Shown: positions 27,925 through 34,689 of the stretch, piece by piece
How positions within the stretch are numbered: the first letter of the stretch is position 1
Layout of the letters: each line of letters begins with the position of its first letter
Assembly: GCA_964392445.1 (NCBI GenBank)
Contig: CAYMPD010000011.1
Coordinates: 1-36,714, forward strand
Length of the DNA stretch: 36,714 nt
From: an uncultured archaeon
Lineage (GTDB): Archaea; Aenigmatarchaeota; Aenigmatarchaeia; CG10238-14
Direction: 5' to 3'
Position numbers and translations under genes: made by a program
The notes under the pieces: model-generated
The model's database searches: none
Seen by the model: only the letters and a program-made list of their open reading frames with translations
Told to the model about the DNA's origin: nothing

Positions 27925-28026
27925 TAGGGGGCGAGCGATAGCGAGCATGAGTGACTGGAAGGAACGAGAGCGTGGGGAAAGCACGCAAAAATTAAGAAAG
28001 AAGTGGAACAAAAAACCAACATACTA
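27925..28026 (+). repeat. GC-rich motif element, right flank of HEPN/MNT
   Basis: TAGGGGGCGAGCGATAGCGAG..GCGTG-GGGAAAG-CACGC (hairpin)..AACAAAAAACCAACATACTA; same word order as the left element. Confidence 0.55.
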
Positions 28027-28075
28027 ATAAACTATAATAAAATCCATCACCTAATATTACATTAGTGATAATACA

Positions 28076-28846
28076 ATGTTATTCAATAAAAAACAAAAAA
28101 GAATGAATAAAATAATAAACCCAAAAACTGGTAAAGGTGTACTTCTAGCATTTGATCATGGGGTTGAACACGGGCCTGCTGAATATGATGGTATAGACAT
28201 AGATCCCCTCCGAATAGCAAAGATAGCAATAGGGGGAAATGCCAATGCGTTGATTGTTCATCCGGGTTCTGCCAGATACATAAGAAAATTCATTAAAAAA
28301 TTACCTCTGATAATAAAACTAACTGCTAGAACTAATTTAGCTCATCACAAGTTACAATCTATGACCGGGACTGTGACTGAGGCTGAAGCACTTGGTGCGG
28401 TTGGCGTGGCTTGTACTATTTATGTTGGATCTAAACAAGAACATATTATGCTTGAAAATTTCTGTAAAATTAAAGAAGATTGTAGAAAAAGAAAGATGCC
28501 ATTGGTTGGATTTATGTATCCCAGAATTAAAGGTAAAAAATCTACTAAAACTAAACATGTTAGATATGCTGCAAGAGTAGGTGCTGAACTTGGATTGGAT
28601 GTAGTTAAAACTTATTACACAGGCTCATCAGAATCGTTCTCAAAGGTTGTTAAAGATGCTAATTTTGTCCCTGTTGTTGCTGCAGGTGGAGGACCAAAGG
28701 ATAACGAGTTAGAAGTTCTAGAACTAGTCAGAGAAATAATGAAATCTGGTGCCTCAGGAATGGCTATTGGAAGAAATATTTGGACAAGGGATAAAGGTAT
28801 GTTTGTTTTAGATCACGTACAGAAGATCGTTCATGGGAGGAATTAG
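28076..28846 (+). CDS. fba: Class I (DhnA/archaeal-type) fructose-bisphosphate aldolase
   Basis: AFDHG.EHGP, IKL, MYPR, RVGAELG.DVVKTYY (Schiff-base Lys), AAGG, GRNIW. Confidence 0.9.
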   Translation: MLFNKKQKRMNKIINPKTGKGVLLAFDHGVEHGPAEYDGIDIDPLRIAKIAIGGNANALIVHPGSARYIRKFIKKLPLIIKLTARTNLAHHKLQSMTGTVTEAEALGAVGVACTIYVGSKQEHIMLENFCKIKEDCRKRKMPLVGFMYPRIKGKKSTKTKHVRYAARVGAELGLDVVKTYYTGSSESFSKVVKDANFVPVVAAGGGPKDNELEVLELVREIMKSGASGMAIGRNIWTRDKGMFVLDHVQKIVHGRN

Positions 28847-29518
28847 ATGAGATTACCAATAATTATCATCAATTTCAAAAGTTATGCAGAAGGTACGGGA
28901 AAAAATGCTGTTAAATTGGCTAGAATCTGTGAACAGGTTTCAAAGGAATATGATGTTAATATTACTGTCGCCCCACAAGATACAGATATATTCCGTGTAA
29001 GTTCTAAGGTTGATATTCCAGTATTTGCTCAGAGTGTAGAACCTATTGAACCGGGTGCACATACAGGTCATGAGTTACCATTAGCTGCAAAAGAATCTGG
29101 GGCCGTTGGGACATTAATAAATCATTCCGAAAATAGATTAACCCTTCCACAGATAGGCCAGAGTATTTGGATTTCGAGAAACAATGGTTTGAAAACAGTT
29201 GTTTGTGTCCCTGATTTGGACTATGCAAAAAAACTAATAGAAGAAGATCCTGACTTTTTAGCTTATGAGTTTCCTGAACTAATAGGAACTGGTAGACCAA
29301 TATCAAAAGAGATGCCTGATTCCGTTAAAAAATTTGTAGATATTGTTTCTGAATCTGAGCCTGAAATAATACCATTATGTGGCGCGGGTATATCGACAGG
29401 TAAAGATGTAGAAGCAGCATTGAAATTGGGAACGAAAGGTGTGATTGTAGCTTCAGCGGTGGTAAAATCAAATAAGCCTAGAATGGTATTGGAAGACCTA
29501 GTAAAGAGAATAAAATAG
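28847..29518 (+). CDS. tpiA: Archaeal-type triosephosphate isomerase
   Basis: INFKSY, GAHTG, LINHSE, AYEFPELIGTG, LCGAGI, VASAVVK. Confidence 0.95.
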   Translation: MRLPIIIINFKSYAEGTGKNAVKLARICEQVSKEYDVNITVAPQDTDIFRVSSKVDIPVFAQSVEPIEPGAHTGHELPLAAKESGAVGTLINHSENRLTLPQIGQSIWISRNNGLKTVVCVPDLDYAKKLIEEDPDFLAYEFPELIGTGRPISKEMPDSVKKFVDIVSESEPEIIPLCGAGISTGKDVEAALKLGTKGVIVASAVVKSNKPRMVLEDLVKRIK

Positions 29519-29534
29519 AAAAATAAAAAACAAT

Positions 29535-29840
29535 TTATTTCTTAGAAACTTTCTCTTCCTTCAACAATTTCTTCGCGATGAAAAAGACAACAAATGCTAT
29601 TATCACGAAGTTTATCAAAGCACTCAAAAATGATCCCCACTTTATGACCACAGGTCCAAGCGCCAGTGTTGCTGTTTCCCAAGATCCACCTGGAATCAAC
29701 GGAGATACTACTGGCATTACTATGTCATTTACCAATGACTGGACCAGGGTTGTTAATGCAGCACCTATTATGAATGCTATTGCTAGTGCTATTGCGTTGT
29801 ATTCCTTGAGAAAGTCCATAAAATTTTTTACTAAACTCAT
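29535..29840 (-). CDS. mscL: Large-conductance mechanosensitive channel
   Basis: F..FL..YN.I.LAIAFIIG.A...LV.SLVNDIVMP; GSFL.A.INF.IIAFVVF. GGAGGTG SD. Confidence 0.93.
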   Translation of the reverse strand: MSLVKNFMDFLKEYNAIALAIAFIIGAALTTLVQSLVNDIVMPVVSPLIPGGSWETATLALGPVVIKWGSFLSALINFVIIAFVVFFIAKKLLKEEKVSKK

Positions 29841-29878
29841 TGATACACCTCCTCTTATTCAATAATAGGATTTTCCCG

Positions 29879-30301
29879 TTATTTAATCCTTTCTAGTATT
29901 ATCGCGGGACAAACTCTGGTTATTCCTCGTGTAGATTCCAATTTTTTAATGAATTCTGTGAGTTCCTGAGAGCTCTTAAACCAGCATCGCATCATAATCA
30001 TGTGATCTCCAGTTGACGAATACAAGCTCTTAACTTTTTCTAAATTCTTTAATTTCTCAATCATCGAAATGTAGTACTCGGGTTCAGTATCTATTCCTAT
30101 TAGTGTATCTACTTGAAATCCCAATTTTCTTGGATTGACGTCTACTGTGTACTTCTTTATAATCCCCAAATCTTCCATCCTCTTAATCCTCTTTCTAACT
30201 GCCGTGTCCGTAACTCCCAGTTTTTTTGCTATATCAACAAAGGTCGCTCTTGAATTACTTTCAAGAATATTTAATATCTCTAAGTTTGAAATTCGAACCA
30301 T
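29879..30301 (-). CDS. Lrp/AsnC regulator, LrpA/Ptr2-like
   Basis: IAKKLGV.DTAVRKRI, NPRKLG, SSTGDHMIM, C-terminal VCPAIILE as I recall for Pyrococcus LrpA. True start MVRIS at 30301. Confidence 0.9.
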   Translation of the reverse strand: MVRISNLEILNILESNSRATFVDIAKKLGVTDTAVRKRIKRMEDLGIIKKYTVDVNPRKLGFQVDTLIGIDTEPEYYISMIEKLKNLEKVKSLYSSTGDHMIMMRCWFKSSQELTEFIKKLESTRGITRVCPAIILERIK

Positions 30302-30366
30302 ATTCTTTATATAAACAAACATACTTATATAGTTTATCGAACATATAATAATAGAGGTGCGTTGAA
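30302..30366. promoter_or_regulatory. Divergent promoter region lrp / peroxiredoxin operon
   Basis: 65-bp AT-rich spacer with TATA-like TTTATATA and CTTATATA and a GAGGTG SD before the prx ATG. Confidence 0.5.
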
Positions 30367-31032
30367 ATGGAACGAGAAAAAATAAATTTTCCTTTGATAG
30401 GTGATAAGGCTCCATCTTTTAAGATACAAACAACTAAAGGGAAGATAAATTTTCCTGATGATTACAAGGGTAAATGGGTTGTGTTATTTTCACATCCTGC
30501 AGATTTTACACCAGTATGTACAACAGAATTCGTAGCTTTTCAGAAAAGATACAAGAAATTCAAAGAGATGAACTGTGAATTGATTGGCCTAAGTATTGAT
30601 CAAGTTTTTAGTCACATGAAATGGACAGAATGGATAAACGAGAAATTAAAAGTAAAAATAGAATTTCCGATAATTGCGGATGATATGGGTAAGGTTGCTA
30701 GTTTGTTCGGAATGGTACATCCAGGTAAAGGAACTAATACAGTCAGAGCGGTTTTTGTAATTGATCCAAAAGGTATTATTAGAACTATACTCTACTATCC
30801 ACAAGAAGCGGGTAGAAATATGGATGAAGTTTTAAGGATTGTTAAAGCGTTACAGACAGTCGATAATAACAAAGTCGCTACCCCAGCCAATTGGCCAGAT
30901 AATGAATTGATAAAGGACAGAGTGATTGTATCACCAGCAAAAGATGAAGAAACTATAGAAAAGAGGAAGAAACAAGAAAAATCTGGAGAGATAGAGTGTT
31001 ACGATTGGTGGTTATGTCATAAGAAATTGTAA
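30367..31032 (+). CDS. Peroxiredoxin (archaeal Prx6-type)
   Basis: [31 protein letters not shown]-terminal CYDWWLC. Confidence 0.95.
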   Translation: MEREKINFPLIGDKAPSFKIQTTKGKINFPDDYKGKWVVLFSHPADFTPVCTTEFVAFQKRYKKFKEMNCELIGLSIDQVFSHMKWTEWINEKLKVKIEFPIIADDMGKVASLFGMVHPGKGTNTVRAVFVIDPKGIIRTILYYPQEAGRNMDEVLRIVKALQTVDNNKVATPANWPDNELIKDRVIVSPAKDEETIEKRKKQEKSGEIECYDWWLCHKKL

Positions 31033-31044
31033 AGGTGTATTGAT

Positions 31045-31197
31045 ATGAAATATGGGAGATGGTCAATGGAATCGAGTGAAGATGATTTCGATCCATTAAT
31101 GCGTTTATACAGACCTAAACCATCTCAGGTAGCTTATGAAAAAGCCGTTGGAATACAAGAATTGATGGGAGTGCGTCCACGTTCGGACATGGATTAA
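31045..31197 (+). CDS. Small hypothetical protein, 50 aa (not in ORF track)
   Basis: MKYGRWSMESSEDDFDPLMRLYRPKPSQVAYEKAVGIQELMGVRPRSDMD; AAGGTG SD 7 nt upstream; fills the gap between prx and rubrerythrin. Confidence 0.55.
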   Translation: MKYGRWSMESSEDDFDPLMRLYRPKPSQVAYEKAVGIQELMGVRPRSDMD

Positions 31198-31217
31198 AAC
31201 TGAGGTGAAAATTTAGA

Positions 31218-31610
31218 ATGAGTAAAACTGAGGAGAATCTAAAAAAAGCATTTGTTAAAGAATGTCAAGCCAACTTAAGATATGTTTTCTTCGCGGAAAT
31301 GGCTGATGAGTTGGGTCATCCACAAATTGCTGATATGTTTAGAAGTATAGCCAAAGGTGAAGAATGTCATGCCAAAGGATTTTTATTTTACCTAGCGAAA
31401 TTAGGGGTGGTTAAGGTTAACGGCGTAAAAGACGCTTTGGAAATATCTATAGAAAAAGAACTGGATGAAACCGAAAACATGTACCCAGAAATAGCTGAAG
31501 AAGCGAGGGAAGAAGGACATGAAGATATAGCCAAATGGGTTGAAAGAGTTGGTAAAGCAGAAGGGAGACATATGAAAGCCTGTAAGAAATTATTGGAGTC
31601 ATTGGATTAA
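31218..31610 (+). CDS. Short rubrerythrin-family di-iron protein (no rubredoxin domain)
   Basis: TEENLKKAF..E.QA..RY, EExH, E..MYP..A..A.EEG, ExxH. Confidence 0.88.
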   Translation: MSKTEENLKKAFVKECQANLRYVFFAEMADELGHPQIADMFRSIAKGEECHAKGFLFYLAKLGVVKVNGVKDALEISIEKELDETENMYPEIAEEAREEGHEDIAKWVERVGKAEGRHMKACKKLLESLD

Positions 31611-31619
31611 TTGATAAAA

Positions 31620-31874
31620 ATGATGGGAAATATTATAGAAGAATCCATTAAAGAATTCAACGAATACAGATCCCCAGAAGCAAACGCGGAATTAATATCA
31701 CAGAAAAATAAGAGTTCCAAAATCAGGTTCACAGGAACTTTTTGCAAAACATGTGGGTTTTATGATTACTTCGATGACCTCAAGATTTTACTTGAAGATA
31801 AAGGGCTGAAAACCAAAATTGGTAAAATAAAAGAAATTGATGATGGAGCTATTGTTGAATTTGAAAGTGTATAA
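31620..31874 (+). CDS. Small CxxC protein (NifU-C-like pattern)
   Basis: YRSPEA.AEL...IRFTGTFCKTCGFYDYFDDL; in operon context. Confidence 0.7.
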   Translation: MMGNIIEESIKEFNEYRSPEANAELISQKNKSSKIRFTGTFCKTCGFYDYFDDLKILLEDKGLKTKIGKIKEIDDGAIVEFESV

Positions 31875-31918
31875 AGTTATAACTAAATAATTTTAATCAA
31901 AATAAGGAGGTGTAAATA

Positions 31919-32413
31919 ATGGGAACAATAGGTAAAAAAATTGTAGGACTTGATGTTAAGAAATTAGTGCAAGAAATGAACAAAGCTCTTGCTGATGAAT
32001 GGCTTGCTTACTACCAATACTGGGTTGGTTCAAAGGTGTTAGTAGGTCCAATGAGAGGAGCGGTTGAAGCAGAACTAGTGGAACATGCCAATGAAGAATT
32101 AAAGCACGCAGAGATGTTGGCTGGGAGAATAATCCAGTTAGGAGGGACTCCAATTCTTACACCAGAAAATTGGTATAAGAAAACTAATTGTGGTTATGAG
32201 AGCCCGGAAGATTCAGATGTTAAAAAAATAGTGAAACAAAATATCAAGGGAGAGCAATGTGCAATTAGGGTCTACCAAAAGTTAGTAGAAATGACACATG
32301 GAAAGGATCCAATTTCGTATAACATGTTTTTGGAAATTCTCGAAGATGAAGTTGAACACGAAGAAGATCTTGAAACCATAATGGAAGATATGAATATATG
32401 TGAATGTAGTTAG
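31919..32413 (+). CDS. DPSL-type ferritin-like protein
   Basis: [16 protein letters not shown]...RI.QLGGTP, Cys pair (TNCGY / GEQCAI), EDEVEHE.DL. Confidence 0.88.
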   Translation: MGTIGKKIVGLDVKKLVQEMNKALADEWLAYYQYWVGSKVLVGPMRGAVEAELVEHANEELKHAEMLAGRIIQLGGTPILTPENWYKKTNCGYESPEDSDVKKIVKQNIKGEQCAIRVYQKLVEMTHGKDPISYNMFLEILEDEVEHEEDLETIMEDMNICECS

Positions 32414-32421
32414 GGGATAGG

Positions 32422-32799
32422 ATGCCAAAAAAACTAGAACTTTACAAATGTGAAGACTGTGAAGATATAGTAGAAGTAATACAAGAAGGTAAAGGTAATT
32501 TTATTTGTTGTGATAAACCGATGAAATTACTTGAACCTGGGACAGAAGATGAAGGATACGAAAAACATGTACCAGTGATAGAAAAAACTGACAAGGGGAT
32601 AAAAGTCAAAGTAGGATCAGTAGAACATCCGATGGTAGAATCACATTTCATACAGTGGATTGAAGTGATTGCTGATGGAAAAGTTTACAGGGAATATTTG
32701 AAACCCGGTCAAAAACCTGAAGCAGAATTCTGTGTAAAATCAGAAAATGTAACTGCAAGAGAATATTGCAACATCCATGGACATTGGACTTCTTCTTAA
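32422..32799 (+). CDS. dfx: Desulfoferrodoxin (2Fe superoxide reductase)
   Basis: Centre I CxxC..CC; centre II EKHVP, HPM..H.I.WI, CNIHG.W. Confidence 0.95.
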   Translation: MPKKLELYKCEDCEDIVEVIQEGKGNFICCDKPMKLLEPGTEDEGYEKHVPVIEKTDKGIKVKVGSVEHPMVESHFIQWIEVIADGKVYREYLKPGQKPEAEFCVKSENVTAREYCNIHGHWTSS

Positions 32800-32809
32800 T
32801 TTTTCTTTT

Positions 32810-33124
32810 TTAAATATTTTTTAGAATATTTTTTCTTCTAATCCATTTAGCTTGGGTAGGTGTATATCTCCAAGAAACATCGCATCTGCTGTCAGTCTGG
32901 ACTTTCCAAGGTTTTACTAATATTAGATCTCCAACACGTATCCATATTCTTTTTCTCATTTTTCCTGGGATTCTTGCTATTCTTTCTTTTCCGTCCTCAC
33001 ATTGAACTCTAAGTTTATCTGAACCGAGCATCTGCTCTACCATCGCATATACTTCTCCCTCTTCTGGTCTCTTGATTCTTCTAATCTCTTCCTCTTCTGT
33101 TACCTCAGGGCGCTTATAAGCCAT
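32810..33124 (-). CDS. eif1a: Translation initiation factor aIF-1A
   Basis: V.QMLG..RIARIPGKMRKRIWIR.GD...V.PW..Q, WRYT.TQ. ATG 33124 after a GGTGA SD. Confidence 0.95.
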   Translation of the reverse strand: MAYKRPEVTEEEEIRRIKRPEEGEVYAMVEQMLGSDKLRVQCEDGKERIARIPGKMRKRIWIRVGDLILVKPWKVQTDSRCDVSWRYTPTQAKWIRRKNILKNI

Positions 33125-33188
33125 TATTTTCACCAATACTAATGGTTATGTTATTAGATTTATAACTCTTTGGGTCTTAAATAGTGTT

Positions 33189-33713
33189 ATGTCTGTTTGG
33201 GTTTTACGTTTGGGTCATAGATTACCTAGAGATGAGAGGGTTTCCACCCATTGTGGTTTAGTTGCTAGAGCTCTGGGAGCTGACGGGATAGTATTTTCTG
33301 GGCAGAAAGATCAGGGCTTGTTAGAATCCATAAATAGAACGACTGAAAAATGGGGGGGTGATTTTAAGGTTGAATATGAGAAAAATTGGAGAAAATTAAT
33401 TAAAAACTTTAAAGATAAAGGTTATTTTATTATTTATTTGACTATGTACGGAGCTAATCTTCCTGATATTGTTAATGAAATTAGAGATAGGTCTAATCTG
33501 CTTGTAATTATTGGGAGCCAGAAGGTTCCTGGTGATGTTTATGATCTATGTGATGCCCAAATTGCTGTTGGAAACCAGCCTCATTCCGAAATAGCTGCTT
33601 TGGCTATTTTCCTCGATAAATACTTTGAAGGGAATGAATTAAAGAAAGATTTCTCTGATAAGATTAAAATTATCCCTAAATTAAAAGGAAAAGAAATAAA
33701 AGAACTTTTTTAA
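33189..33713 (+). CDS. trm56: tRNA (cytidine56-2'-O)-methyltransferase
   Basis: VLRLGHR..RD.R.STH..L.ARA.GA, LTMYG, IGSQKVP, GNQPHSE.AALAIFLD. Confidence 0.95.
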   Translation: MSVWVLRLGHRLPRDERVSTHCGLVARALGADGIVFSGQKDQGLLESINRTTEKWGGDFKVEYEKNWRKLIKNFKDKGYFIIYLTMYGANLPDIVNEIRDRSNLLVIIGSQKVPGDVYDLCDAQIAVGNQPHSEIAALAIFLDKYFEGNELKKDFSDKIKIIPKLKGKEIKELF

Positions 33714-34009
33714 CAGCAACCCGGAGGCTCTAGTGCCCTTGTTTTACAAATATTATCTTCACAATAACATTCCGTACATGGTCTACATTCCTCTGTACAA
33801 ACAACTGGCTCATCTGGTAATTTTATCGTTGAAGCATAATCTTTACTGACACACTCATGTGATCCCTGATGACATTTTGATGGTAAGTGAACACAATCAC
33901 TGTCTGATTCACAATAATACTTGTCCACTGAGTTTGTCTGAGTACAACCACTCATAAATAATATTCCCACAAGCATTAGCGAAATTAATAATAATTTTCC
34001 CAGATTCAC
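33710..34009 (-). CDS. Cys-rich lipoprotein (99 aa)
   Basis: GTG at 34009 overlaps the upstream TGA (GTGA). Signal KLLLISLMLVGILFMSG-C followed by 12 further Cys. Confidence 0.75.
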   Translation of the reverse strand: MNLGKLLLISLMLVGILFMSGCTQTNSVDKYYCESDSDCVHLPSKCHQGSHECVSKDYASTIKLPDEPVVCTEECRPCTECYCEDNICKTRALEPPGCC

Positions 34010-34533
34010 ACCTCCACAATTCTTTTTCTCTTCATCAATATTATAACAAATATACCAATTAAAGCTAACACAAATAAGCCAATCGACAAATAAAGGAACC
34101 ATGGGGGTGTACTAGGAGTCATCACATCCGCGGCTGCTCCTCCGGACACAGTTTTTTCCAAGACTTCTGTTTCAATGTTAGCCATTCTGTAAGAGGGTTG
34201 GGATAGATATTTCATTAATGATAATGTTCCTCCGAGTAATGATAGGAATACAGATGATAGGATAATTATTAATTGTTTGGACTTACTTGATACGTATGAT
34301 TCTCCTTTTCTTGTTAATGTGTAAAATACCCATTTTCTACCTTCTCTCTCATGTTTTTCTACTAGTCCTGCTTTTATCAATTTCTCTAGATGCTCGACTA
34401 TTGTTGACTTACTCTTATCCAACATCCGACTGAGATCTGATGGTGTTCTTTCTCCCTCTGAAAGGGTTTTGATTATGTCCCTTCTTGTATCTGACACCAG
34501 AGCTTTTAGGAGTTTTTCATCTTCTTTTACCAT
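34006..34533 (-). CDS. ArsR-like winged-HTH regulator with two C-terminal transmembrane helices
   Basis: KAL.SDTR..I.K.L...T.SDLS..L.KSKSTI.EHL..L..AGLV..R.W.FY.LT.KG; two hydrophobic stretches; KRKR tail. Confidence 0.87.
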   Translation of the reverse strand: MVKEDEKLLKALVSDTRRDIIKTLSEGERTPSDLSRMLDKSKSTIVEHLEKLIKAGLVEKHEREGRKWVFYTLTRKGESYVSSKSKQLIIILSSVFLSLLGGTLSLMKYLSQPSYRMANIETEVLEKTVSGGAAADVMTPSTPPWFLYLSIGLFVLALIGIFVIILMKRKRIVEV

Positions 34534-34689
34534 AAGAATTAATTATCGGTTAGGTTTAAAATTCCTTACTATTATGTTAGGTGATAGCCGAACGGTTAAA
34601 TTATGAAAATTTTTAAGTGGTTTCAGTTAATATCAAGCAATTACATGTCTAAATTTTAATAACAAAAACTAAATATTGTTTAAACTAAA

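Noticed and set aside
30302-30415. 38-aa N-terminal extension of the Lrp regulator
   Set aside because: Overlaps the prx start and promoter; the HTH begins at MVRIS (30301).
1122-32651. Many short opposite-strand or alternate-frame ORFs in the track (e.g. 1875-2180, 4646-4996, 6048-6446, 19518-19808, 29578-29865)
   Set aside because: Nested in well-supported genes, with no motifs or SD support; shadow ORFs.
34010-34102. Longer start, or CTG start, for the Cys-rich lipoprotein
   Set aside because: The GTGA stop/start overlap at 34006-34009 explains initiation and places the signal peptide at the N-terminus.
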